A stretch of 64,000 bases of DNA, taken from assembly GCA_021739625.1 (NCBI GenBank), contig JAIPBJ010000004.1:1335-65334 (forward strand). The letters run 5' to 3'. Source of the DNA: Flavobacteriales bacterium. GTDB taxonomy: Bacteria > Bacteroidota > Bacteroidia > UBA10329. The notes beneath the pieces were generated by a model. That model saw only the letters and a program-made list of their open reading frames with translations. It was not told the DNA's origin and did no database searches. Numbering within the stretch: position 1 is the stretch's first letter; each line of letters begins with the position of its first letter. The position numbers were made by a program, and so were the translations under genes. Below are positions 29,693 through 39,120 of this stretch, in pieces.

Positions 29693-30346
29693 TCAGTATC
29701 GGGTAGTGGCCGTTTCAATGCCGAGATCATTGTGGCGCAAGCGGGCATTGGCCATATTCTGGCGCACCATGTTCATGATGCGTGGCGACACCTTCTTGGC
29801 TTCATCACCTGTCAACTGTACGATGTAGTGCTCGTAGGCCACGGCCGCCCTGTCGTCATCTCCCGCCTGTTCCCAAGCTGTGGCGAGCAGATAGTAGGTC
29901 TGCACAGGGGCATTGCGTTCCTCCAGATCCCAGTTCTCATAGCCATGGGAGGTCGAACTGGAGGCACGGTCCAGATAGAAGGCCGCCTGATGGAAGTTGC
30001 GTGTGCCATAGAGGTGGCAGATGCCCAACAGGTAGGACGCGTTGGCGTTGTCGGGGTCCTTGGCCAGCAGCTCCATGAGCTTGGGCACGGCCTCATGATA
30101 GCGGAGCTGCTCAATGTCGAGCATCGACTGGCGCAGCAGGATGCGCATTTTCACATCGTCAGATCCTGTGGCAGATGCTACGGCCAGTCCAACGGTCAGC
30201 ATCATGAAGATGATGAGCAGGATGTTCATGCCCCGATTGCTGATGCCATCGTCCGTGCCGATGCGCGGTCTGCTGTTCTGAGACGAGGGAGCATCCTTAA
30301 AGAAGAGGACACTGGGCGATTGGGGGGTGAGGGTGATGGTTTTCAT
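29693..30346 (-). CDS. TPR protein, paralog of 29078-29629
   Basis: DPDNANASYLLG, NAPVQTYYLLA..AAVAY; hydrophobic helix after a 39-aa leader. Confidence 0.8.
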   Translation of the reverse strand: MKTITLTPQSPSVLFFKDAPSSQNSRPRIGTDDGISNRGMNILLIIFMMLTVGLAVASATGSDDVKMRILLRQSMLDIEQLRYHEAVPKLMELLAKDPDNANASYLLGICHLYGTRNFHQAAFYLDRASSSTSHGYENWDLEERNAPVQTYYLLATAWEQAGDDDRAAVAYEHYIVQLTGDEAKKVSPRIMNMVRQNMANARLRHNDLGIETATTRY

Positions 30347-30478
30347 TATTTCCAGGTATTAAAGGGTTAAGGGTTGGTTTGCATTCGGATTGTGAATCGC
30401 TGCACCGGTACCTGTGCTTTGATTTCTGCGACAAAGGTGTCGGGGTGCCCTTTCTCAATCCTAACCAACTTTTTGCCC

Positions 30479-30622
30479 GAGTTAGTACTCCTGACGGCCT
30501 TTTTTGACCTTGGTCATTTTTTTTCAGTCTCTATAATATATTGATGAACAAGTGATTGGATACCATAAAATCAGGTCTCATAGCCCAATTGAGTTAGTAC
30601 TTCTGAGGCCCTTTTTTTACCC
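30479..30622. promoter_or_regulatory. Operator-like direct repeats and palindrome in divergent intergenic region
   Basis: gagttagtactcctgacggccttttttgacc (30479) and gagttagtacttctgaggccctttttttacc (30591); TGACC-tt-GGTCA at 30505-30516. Confidence 0.6.
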
Positions 30623-30646
30623 TATATTAGCCGATATTTCCCCCTT

Positions 30647-32146
30647 ATGAAGGCCCCGGACGACCTTTTTGACCTTGTGAAAGCCCTTAGCCCGGCCGAG
30701 AAGCGCTATTTCAAAGTGATCTCTGCCAAGGTCAATGGCAAGGAGGGCAACTTCATGCAGCTCTTCGATGCGCTCGACAGTCTGGAGGAGCATGATGATG
30801 AGAAGCTGAAGAAGAAACTCAAAGGCGCGACCTTTCTCAGATACATCTCAGCCGAGAAAGGCAATCTCTATGCTGCCATCATGCGGGCCATGCGCAACTT
30901 CTATTCAGAGAAGAGCGTGGACACCCGCATTTTCGAGCTGATGCAGGAGGAGGTCTTCCTGCGCGGCAAGGGCCTCAACGAACTGCGCGAGCTTACGCTT
31001 GCCAAGGCCGAAGCCTTGGCCCGCAAGTATGAGAAATACACCTACCTGCTGGAGATCCTTCTTGCCCAGAAGGATCTGATCACTGAATTTGAGGAGAAAC
31101 GCCTCACCGAAAGGGTGAGGGAGAAACTGGAGGAGATAGAGGATGTGGTGGCCCTGCAGCAGACATTTGCCAAACTCACGCTCGCAAGCGATGAGATATT
31201 CATTTTTGCCCGTTCCGGAACAGACTTGAAGAATGAGAGCAACCGACAGCACTTGGAAACATTGGCAGATGACATCAGAATCCTGGCCAACCGCCTGAGG
31301 GGTTCGTTCCGGCTGACGTTAAAATACCATGCTGCCCTCTCGCACTATTATGGTTCCATGGGCGACCGCGAACAGTGCTATTACGAGTCGGCAAAGGCAC
31401 TCGAAGTCTGCGAATCAAGCCCCGACATGATAAAGGAGGACGGGCAGAAGTACAAAGTGGCACTGGCCAACTATCTGACCCGTGCACACGCTCGTCAGGA
31501 CTACAGCCGTTTTGAGGAGAAGCTGGCCATTCTGAAGGCACTGCCGGCAGACGACTTCTATGCAGAGGGCGAGGTGTTTCAGAACGTCTATTTCGTGGAA
31601 CATCTCTATTACATCAACGCGGGGCGCTTCGAAGAGGCCGAGGCATTGGTTTCCATCATAGAAGAAGGACTGGTGACCTACGCCCGCAAGATCAACCGCT
31701 CACGGGTGCTCAGTTTCACCTACAACATCATGGTGATGTATTTCCTGATGCACAAGTTCAAGGAAGCACGCATCTGGAGCGAGCGAATATTGGATGAGAA
31801 GAGCGACATCCGGCAGGACATGCAGACCGCCAATCGCATTCTCTATCCCATCATCTGTTACGAACTGGGCAAGTTCGACATCCTCGACAACATCACCCGT
31901 GCTGCCTATCGCTACCTATTGGCGCAGCAGCGGCTGCACGAATTTGAAAGATTGGTGATCCGCTATCTGCAAACGATGCCTTTCACGGCCAATGAAAAGG
32001 AATTTGAGGAGAAGTTGGAGGCGTTTGCCACAGAGATGGAGGGATTCAAGAAGTCGGAGAACTTCAAAAGAAGTGGAGGAATGGAGGAGGTGGAACTTTG
32101 GATAAATTCGAAACGGGGGGGGAGACCGATGCGAGAACTGTTGTAA
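30647..32146 (+). CDS. ~500-aa helical-repeat (TPR-like) hypothetical protein
   Basis: LFDLVKALSPAEKRYFK N-terminus, all-helical pattern, no signal peptide; paralog of 39102-40580. Confidence 0.85.
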   Translation: MKAPDDLFDLVKALSPAEKRYFKVISAKVNGKEGNFMQLFDALDSLEEHDDEKLKKKLKGATFLRYISAEKGNLYAAIMRAMRNFYSEKSVDTRIFELMQEEVFLRGKGLNELRELTLAKAEALARKYEKYTYLLEILLAQKDLITEFEEKRLTERVREKLEEIEDVVALQQTFAKLTLASDEIFIFARSGTDLKNESNRQHLETLADDIRILANRLRGSFRLTLKYHAALSHYYGSMGDREQCYYESAKALEVCESSPDMIKEDGQKYKVALANYLTRAHARQDYSRFEEKLAILKALPADDFYAEGEVFQNVYFVEHLYYINAGRFEEAEALVSIIEEGLVTYARKINRSRVLSFTYNIMVMYFLMHKFKEARIWSERILDEKSDIRQDMQTANRILYPIICYELGKFDILDNITRAAYRYLLAQQRLHEFERLVIRYLQTMPFTANEKEFEEKLEAFATEMEGFKKSENFKRSGGMEEVELWINSKRGGRPMRELL

Positions 32147-32147
32147 G

Positions 32148-33812
32148 TCAACTGCGTGCCAGTACTTTGACATGACATCGCAGACTGCCCAAGGTGTCCC
32201 CGATGAGTTCACTTCCTTTGATTGGTTTAACAGTCACCCCGGCCTTTTCCACGCCTTTGCGGGCCGAACAACTTGCCTCGCAAACTTCGGTAGGTGTTGC
32301 GTCATCTGAGTAATCAGGCATGAGATATTCGATTTCATCGCCTTTCCTATTGACTATTCCGTTGGCAAAGCTCCAGTATTGCTCTATGTGGCATTCTCCT
32401 GGCACTATCTCCCGAAATCGAATGGGAAGACTGCAGGGTATATCAGAGTGGGTGATGTCGATACAGTTCAGTTGGGCTACGAGGCTGTCGTGGGTCTCTT
32501 TGAATCTGTCCATCAAGGTCTTGAAACATTCTGGCAATTGGTTCTTGTCGGTCACCAATACGTAATCCTCAACCGGTGAGGCGAAAATGTAGCGCAGATG
32601 TTTGGATCCGTCAGGCAACCTTGTCATTCCCAAAGGGCAGAAAAAAAGGTCTATGTGATACGCTGGTTGATATGAGGGATTCTCACCCCACATATCACTT
32701 CCAGCATCATGAGTGCCGATCCAGACCACGTGCTTGCCATGTTCAGTTCCGAAAACCTGCCTGAGAACATTTATTGCAGCTTCCTGAGCTGAATTACAAT
32801 TCGTGTAATTCACAAGCTCGTTCCTGCCTATGAAGAGAATGTTGTCCGACACATGCATGTTCCCGCCCTGCGTTGGCAACGGGTCGTCCAATGGTCTCCA
32901 GCTCCATGCTCCGTCTTCGGGGATCATACTTCTGCAATACTCCCTGAAATCATCTTTGCGTCTGCGGCCAAGTGCATTTCTCATCAAGGCCAATGAGTGT
33001 GTTCCGACTGCCCTTCTCACCACAAATTGATCCTGAGGCCATGCTTTAAGTTTCGCATTCATGGTGGGATCGGGCGGGTTATGGTTTCCATTGGAATCGC
33101 GAACCAGGATTCTGCGCAGGTCATGAATGGTTTGATCTGCCATTGAGAACCGAATATCCCAGTTCAAGGACGTGGAATTAGAGTAGTCACTGAACCTGTT
33201 CAAGAGGTCTGCTAACTTCTGGCGTTCCAGTCCATCGACCCTATGGCCATTTCCCGATGTCATCCGGATTGTTCCAAATACCGAACTGCCTGTCCAACTG
33301 TCCTTATCATTTTCCTGCAGCCGATAGGTCAACTTCGGAAAAATAGAAAGCAGTGTCCTACAGTATGACAAGCGGTCGGGAATTCTGAGCATCTGGAGAG
33401 CCACACTGACTTTTGTGTTCTCGTCAACTTGCAATTCTATATTGGAAAATCGCTCAGAGAATGGGAGGCTTGAATTGAGCCAACCCAGCAGATCTTCAGC
33501 ACTGTTGAAACCGACACGGCTGTGGACTCCATTTAGAAATTCAGGGACATCAAACAATTTTCTACTGCCCGAGCCGTCCAGAACGCCACCAATTGCAATA
33601 TCAGCATGAAAGTCGCTTTCTGGAATTACATAGAGTTTTGCCCATGGCAACGTGCGTGCAATGCTCGCAACAATCGATTTGCTAAGGTCATTTCTCTCAT
33701 ATCGTATGAGCACCGATTGAATTTCCCCTTCAGTGTCGGAAAGGACAGATGGGAAGGAGGTCATGACCTCATTCCCATCTGCTGTTGTTGTCGCCTGTGA
33801 TTGCAAACTCAA
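32148..33812 (-). CDS. Pentein-superfamily (agmatine/peptidylarginine deiminase-like) protein
   Basis: WPQD, QGGN, YHIDLF and C-terminal GSLRC in canonical order; start uncertain. Confidence 0.7.
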   Translation of the reverse strand: MSLQSQATTTADGNEVMTSFPSVLSDTEGEIQSVLIRYERNDLSKSIVASIARTLPWAKLYVIPESDFHADIAIGGVLDGSGSRKLFDVPEFLNGVHSRVGFNSAEDLLGWLNSSLPFSERFSNIELQVDENTKVSVALQMLRIPDRLSYCRTLLSIFPKLTYRLQENDKDSWTGSSVFGTIRMTSGNGHRVDGLERQKLADLLNRFSDYSNSTSLNWDIRFSMADQTIHDLRRILVRDSNGNHNPPDPTMNAKLKAWPQDQFVVRRAVGTHSLALMRNALGRRRKDDFREYCRSMIPEDGAWSWRPLDDPLPTQGGNMHVSDNILFIGRNELVNYTNCNSAQEAAINVLRQVFGTEHGKHVVWIGTHDAGSDMWGENPSYQPAYHIDLFFCPLGMTRLPDGSKHLRYIFASPVEDYVLVTDKNQLPECFKTLMDRFKETHDSLVAQLNCIDITHSDIPCSLPIRFREIVPGECHIEQYWSFANGIVNRKGDEIEYLMPDYSDDATPTEVCEASCSARKGVEKAGVTVKPIKGSELIGDTLGSLRCHVKVLARS

Positions 33813-33835
33813 AACTTATGGCCCCGTGTAGTGCT

Positions 33836-34540
33836 TCACTCACATGATTTTGAGAATGTTCTGCCCCAAAGTTTCACGCCAGTGGTGGACTCATCTTTCT
33901 CATTACAGTATTCCTTGTCAATATATTCGTGATGTGTGCAGTCTGAATAGTAGGATACCCTGAGGGTGGTAGAGCTCCCTTGGCTTACCCGAATATGACT
34001 GGTTCCCAATGGCAGAGCATAGACGTTAATGTCACCACGATACCCTTGCACTCCCGCACGGGGATCCTCCATTCCTACGATGGCTGCCACACCTGATGCC
34101 AATGGACAGGAAGTAGTGATCTTCATGTCAGCGTAGCTTGAGTGAGCGATGTAGTGCAATGTGGAGTTGTGCTGATGCCCAGCGCCATATACCTGTGTAA
34201 CCACATTCCCATCAACAATACGTATTCGGGCTGTGGTGTTCGACAGGTCAATTTCCTGGATTACCTCTGGTTCAACCCCAGGACCATTGCTCTTCACATG
34301 CTGCAATATGGCAACGTTGTTCTGTCTGAAGATGGTGATATTGTGATCCCCCGCAGTCTGCCCGTCACCAAGTGGTGAAGCCAGAAAATCAGCTGCCCAT
34401 TCCATGGTGTCGTCATCTGAGCAAGTCACATTTGGGCAGCACGTTGATGGGGTGCTGATGATGTTAGGTTCAGGCTGACTACAGGACCAGATTGAAAGGA
34501 GTAGGACTGAAGCGAAAAGCAGTTGAGAAAACTGTCTCAT
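33836..34540 (-). CDS. Hypothetical Cys-containing lipoprotein
   Basis: IWSC lipobox; A-rich upstream region; co-oriented with the pentein gene. Confidence 0.75.
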   Translation of the reverse strand: MRQFSQLLFASVLLLSIWSCSQPEPNIISTPSTCCPNVTCSDDDTMEWAADFLASPLGDGQTAGDHNITIFRQNNVAILQHVKSNGPGVEPEVIQEIDLSNTTARIRIVDGNVVTQVYGAGHQHNSTLHYIAHSSYADMKITTSCPLASGVAAIVGMEDPRAGVQGYRGDINVYALPLGTSHIRVSQGSSTTLRVSYYSDCTHHEYIDKEYCNEKDESTTGVKLWGRTFSKSCE

Positions 34541-34686
34541 GATGGGTTTGTTTTAAGGTTAGTGTCGCAATTACTGCCTACAATACTACACCATTCATTT
34601 GTAATCTCCAAACATTTTTGCAGGTTTCACAGAAAAATGACCTAAAAAGGCTATCGGTTATTTGTCGCGAAAAAGCAATTTTCAGC

Positions 34687-35274
34687 TTACTGCCTGCGTT
34701 CCATCATCCTTGCAACATACTTGCCGATGATGTCGAATTCGAGATTCACCCGGTCGCCAACGCGCAAGGCATGGAAGGAGGTGTGCTCGAAAGTGTAGGG
34801 GATGATGGCCACGGTGAAGCCAGTGTCGCTGGCGTTGAAGGCGGTGAGGCTGGTGCCGTTGACAGTTATGGAACCTTTCTCAACCGTGAAATTCAGGCCT
34901 TTGGCATGGCTGAAGGCAAAGAGCCAACTGCCGTCCTGCGCGGTGATGGCCTCCACAGTGCCGGGCCCGTCCACGTGCCCTTGCACAATGTGGCCGTCAA
35001 ACCGGCCGTTGGCGGGCATGCAGCGTTCGAGATTCACCTTGTCGCCTGTTCGCAGTGAGCCGAGGTTGGTCATCTGCAAGGTCTCGTCAATGGCGGTGAC
35101 GGTGTGCTGCCCGCCATCCACGCGCACCACCGTGAGGCAGACCCCGTTGTGGGCCACGCTCTGGTCTATCTTCAATTCCTGACCGATGGGGCTTGAGACT
35201 GTGATGTGAAGGTTGGTGCCCTCGCGCTCCAAACGTTCCACGCGGCCAAGGGTCTCAATTATTCCGGTGAACAT
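34687..35274 (-). CDS. ribE: Riboflavin synthase alpha chain
   Basis: MFTGII, GVCLTV, VNLER, GHIVQGHVD. Confidence 0.97.
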   Translation of the reverse strand: MFTGIIETLGRVERLEREGTNLHITVSSPIGQELKIDQSVAHNGVCLTVVRVDGGQHTVTAIDETLQMTNLGSLRTGDKVNLERCMPANGRFDGHIVQGHVDGPGTVEAITAQDGSWLFAFSHAKGLNFTVEKGSITVNGTSLTAFNASDTGFTVAIIPYTFEHTSFHALRVGDRVNLEFDIIGKYVARMMERRQ

Positions 35275-35283
35275 GGGCTCAGG

Positions 35284-37887
35284 TCAATTGCTCGGTGCCA
35301 CCACTCTACGGATGAGGTGCAGGAAACCGTGAAGGTGTCGCGGCACCACGCCTTGCAGCCTTATCTCGTTGACGGTGGCCACATAATAATAGACCCCATC
35401 GGGCACCTCTGCGCCTGTGACGCTGTAGGTGCCATCCCAGTTCACGGCCGGGTCGGTGGTTTCGAAGAGCTTGATGCCCCAACGGTTGTAGATCTTCACG
35501 TCCACACTCTCCACGTATTTGAAAGTGCCCGGACCAAAGAGGTCGTTGAAGAGGTCGCCACCGGGGGTGAACACGTTGGGCAGCGTGTAGTCGGTGCAAT
35601 TGTCGATGCAGAATGTGTCTGCCGTGCTCATGTTCATGAATGAGTCCACTGCTACAATTGCATAGCAGCCAGCAATGGATTCGAGGTTGGTGTGGAGAAA
35701 GCTCTGCTCCTGTGGGTCGGTGATGGTTCTGATGAGCTGGAGTTGGCCGCCAAAAACGGCCGTGTAATAGATCCGGAACTCAATGATGTCGTTGGGACAG
35801 CCCGGTTCTTCGGTCCAAGAGAGCAGATTCTGGTCCAACTCGCAATCGCGGACGATCTGCACCGTCTGGTCGCATGGCGGGAAAGTGTCAACGGGAGTTG
35901 CACACGCGATCTGCGACCAGTTCAACAGCGGATCGACCAGCCCATCGGCAGAATAGTGCCCGATGCTGCGGATGCGGAAGCACAGCTCGACCCCGTTGGC
36001 CACCGGCCCGTGACGATATTCCCGCTCATAGACCGTGTCGAGCAGCGTGAGGTTCTCATCGGCATCGGCCAGATAGACCTCATACATGTCGTTGACCCAA
36101 GGCACATTCTCAGCCCACGTGAGGATGACCTCATTGTCCACACCGATGGCGACCAGATAGACTGACGAGGCCACATCGCTCTCGCCCACCACAAAGGTGT
36201 TGCCCGGCTCACCGTTGAAGAGTTCGATCTTGTAGTAGAACTCCAACGCTCGGGTGTCGATGAGCGTATCCATATATATGGTGTCGTTCAGCCCGAATTT
36301 GGTCTCGATGAGTTGAAAGTCGTTCGGGGCGGTCACATCCGAGCGATAGACGCGGTATTCGTACGGGCCTTGGATGAGCAGTGTGTCCAGCTCTGTTGGG
36401 CGGCTCCATACCACATCCATCGAACCGTTCGCATTGTCGGTCTCGCGCACGCTCACATGGGTGATGATGGGCAGGTCGCGGTTCAGCACTGCGCAGAATT
36501 CCTCACTGGCATAGCTTTCGGCCCCATCGGCAAAACAGGCCACGACCATATAGCAGTACTGGATTCCTGAATTGAGTCCGCTGTCGGTGTAGGTGGTGCC
36601 GTTGAGGCCCGAAGTGGACCCGATGTAGCCATAGCCGGTATATGCCGGAACCCCTGTCTCGCAGGTGTCGGGCATGAATCCGTACTCCTCAATGCGTCTA
36701 TAGACCTTGTAGCCCACAGCCTCGGTGCAGATGCTGGCATCCCAATTCAGAACAATGGAGTTGCCTTCCGGCTCCGCCAACGGATTCTTCGGTGAAGGTG
36801 CCACCACGGTGATGAAAGTGGTGTGATAATCGGTCAGGGCGACTTCGTTAGCGGGAGGATTGTCAATGGCCCGGAAAAGCATGGTGTGCGGTTGGAGCTG
36901 CACGTTGCCACACTGCGGGACCCACTGGAAAATGCTCACTGCGGTGTCGTGGTTGGTCGCCACCGTTGGCTGTGGGAAAGAGGCGTTGGAAATGCCATTG
37001 ACCAGAGGCCCGCCTGTGGCCGTGAGCCGCACCCCATGACCGTCCGGGTCCCATGCATAAACAGGGAAGATCAATGTGTCGCCAACCTCTACGCAGATTT
37101 CATCTACCGATGTGACAATGGGCGGTTCATTCTGGCACGTAAGCACGGTCACTTGAAGGTCGCGGATCACATGGCCCATCAGCGCATACTGATCCGACCC
37201 TTCGGGCCTGCGCCATTCATTGATGCGGATGGCATAGTTGAATTCGCCCTGCTGGGTAGGGAATTCCCATACCAGATCCCCTGTCACAGCATTGATGGTC
37301 ACACCGTTGGGCAGCGAATAGCCGATGATGGCCTCACCCATTTCGCCCATACAGGTCACCAGCTCATAGCTCAGGCTGTCCCCGTCAGGGTCGAATGCAC
37401 CAGGATTATGGATGTATCTACGGTTCACACAGGCATTGTCTATGGGCGGGTTCAAAAGCACAGGTGTACTATTCGACCCGAAAAAGGGACTGATGGTAAG
37501 CGTGGTCTCAATGTAGAATACCACATTCACCGAGTTGGGGATGTTCAGGATGCCCCCATTCCTGTTCGGGTCCTCCATCGAAAGAACGTAGGTGCTGGCA
37601 CTGGGATAGGTGTGCGTGGCCGTATAGATGTTCTTCTTCACCCCGGGCGCGATCTCCTCACCATTGCCGCCCCCGTTGGAGCGATACACAGTGTCGATCG
37701 TGCCGTCTCCCCATGAGAGCGGCAGCCACGGACGGTCGGCCGGGCTGTCGGGAACGGTATAGGTGGTGATGGTGGCCCGGAAGGTGAGCCCGCCCAGATG
37801 CTCATAGGTGATCTCGCCTGCGCGGTTGTGCGTTGCATGGGCAAAGGAGGCACAGAACAGAAGGATGGACAGAAGGATCAGTCTCAT
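35284..37887 (-). CDS. Secreted multi-domain protein with T9SS type B (gliding motility-associated) C-terminal domain
   Basis: ATHNRAGEITY N-terminus, FN3-like repeats, LPNVFTPGGD..ND, IYNRWG, PDGVYYY. Confidence 0.9.
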   Translation of the reverse strand: MRLILLSILLFCASFAHATHNRAGEITYEHLGGLTFRATITTYTVPDSPADRPWLPLSWGDGTIDTVYRSNGGGNGEEIAPGVKKNIYTATHTYPSASTYVLSMEDPNRNGGILNIPNSVNVVFYIETTLTISPFFGSNSTPVLLNPPIDNACVNRRYIHNPGAFDPDGDSLSYELVTCMGEMGEAIIGYSLPNGVTINAVTGDLVWEFPTQQGEFNYAIRINEWRRPEGSDQYALMGHVIRDLQVTVLTCQNEPPIVTSVDEICVEVGDTLIFPVYAWDPDGHGVRLTATGGPLVNGISNASFPQPTVATNHDTAVSIFQWVPQCGNVQLQPHTMLFRAIDNPPANEVALTDYHTTFITVVAPSPKNPLAEPEGNSIVLNWDASICTEAVGYKVYRRIEEYGFMPDTCETGVPAYTGYGYIGSTSGLNGTTYTDSGLNSGIQYCYMVVACFADGAESYASEEFCAVLNRDLPIITHVSVRETDNANGSMDVVWSRPTELDTLLIQGPYEYRVYRSDVTAPNDFQLIETKFGLNDTIYMDTLIDTRALEFYYKIELFNGEPGNTFVVGESDVASSVYLVAIGVDNEVILTWAENVPWVNDMYEVYLADADENLTLLDTVYEREYRHGPVANGVELCFRIRSIGHYSADGLVDPLLNWSQIACATPVDTFPPCDQTVQIVRDCELDQNLLSWTEEPGCPNDIIEFRIYYTAVFGGQLQLIRTITDPQEQSFLHTNLESIAGCYAIVAVDSFMNMSTADTFCIDNCTDYTLPNVFTPGGDLFNDLFGPGTFKYVESVDVKIYNRWGIKLFETTDPAVNWDGTYSVTGAEVPDGVYYYVATVNEIRLQGVVPRHLHGFLHLIRRVVAPSN

Positions 37888-38091
37888 TGGAGCGAGGGCC
37901 TCGAACGTCAACAACAATCAAGCCATGGGGTTCACATTCCCAAAGCAACGGGAGTGCAAATTACGGAGGAAGTTCGCAATAAGCGATTGTCGGTTGCCGA
38001 AGGAGAGAACCGCACGGCCATGCCGGCAGAGATCGTTCGCGCAGGCCCGGCCTTGCGTTTCTTTGCCAGACCCAAAATCAGCATCCACATC

Positions 38092-39120
38092 ATGGTCGTT
38101 GACCTCCGTTCCGACACCTTCACGCTGCCAACACCCGGAATGCTTGCGGCCATGGCCTCGGCCAAGGTGGGCGATGACGTTTTCAGTGAAGACCCCACAA
38201 TGAATGCCCTTCAGGAGTATGCTGCCGACCTTTTCGGCATGGAGGCCGCGCTGTTCTTTCCCAGCGGAACCATGGCCAACCAGACCGCCATTCGCACGCA
38301 CACCCGTCCGGGCGAAGAACTGATCTGCGATGCAGGTGCGCACGTCCATTACTATGAAGGAGGTGGCATTGCCGCCAATTCAGGGGTTTCCGTCAATCTC
38401 ATTCAGGGAGAAAGAGGTGTTTTCACAGCTGTCGATGTAGAGGCACGTGTCCGTCCTGACAATGTTCATTTTCCTGTTTCACGGATTGTCTGCATTGAGA
38501 ACACTTGCAACAGGGGAGGGGGCAGGGTCTTTCCTGTGGAGAACGTAAAGGAGATTTACCAGACCTGCAAGAAACACGGGCTGAAGCTGCACCTCGATGG
38601 GGCGCGGCTGTTCAACGCCATGCTGGCCGAAGGGACAACACCACGCCAGCAAGGTGAACTCTATGACAGCATCAGCCTCTGTCTGAGCAAAGGACTTGGA
38701 GCTCCGGTCGGGTCTCTTTTGTTGGGCGATGATGCATTCATTCACCAGGCCCGCAGAGTGCGCAAGATGATGGGCGGTGGCATGCGACAAGCAGGGTTCT
38801 TGGCGGCTGCTGGACTTTATGCATTGCAGAACCAGGTGGCACGCCTGGAGCAGGATCACCTGCATGCCAAGCTGTTGGCCGACACGCTGTCTTCTCTTCC
38901 TTATATAAAAGATGTGCTGCCGCAACAGACCAACATCGTCTCTTTTCGACTCAGTGAGTCCGTAGAAACAGACCATTTCCTTGGTCATCTCTCCAAAAAT
39001 GGGGTGCTTGCCATGTCCTTGGGCCCACACATGGTCAGGTTCGTCACGCATCTGGGCATGGACCACACTGGTGTGGAATACGCCATTCGTACGCTCCGTG
39101 GCTATTCCCCGCTCTCTTGA
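38092..39120 (+). CDS. ltaE: Low-specificity L-threonine aldolase
   Basis: DLRSDT, SGTMANQ, HLDGAR, CLSKGLGAP, GGGMRQAG. Confidence 0.95.
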   Translation: MVVDLRSDTFTLPTPGMLAAMASAKVGDDVFSEDPTMNALQEYAADLFGMEAALFFPSGTMANQTAIRTHTRPGEELICDAGAHVHYYEGGGIAANSGVSVNLIQGERGVFTAVDVEARVRPDNVHFPVSRIVCIENTCNRGGGRVFPVENVKEIYQTCKKHGLKLHLDGARLFNAMLAEGTTPRQQGELYDSISLCLSKGLGAPVGSLLLGDDAFIHQARRVRKMMGGGMRQAGFLAAAGLYALQNQVARLEQDHLHAKLLADTLSSLPYIKDVLPQQTNIVSFRLSESVETDHFLGHLSKNGVLAMSLGPHMVRFVTHLGMDHTGVEYAIRTLRGYSPLS

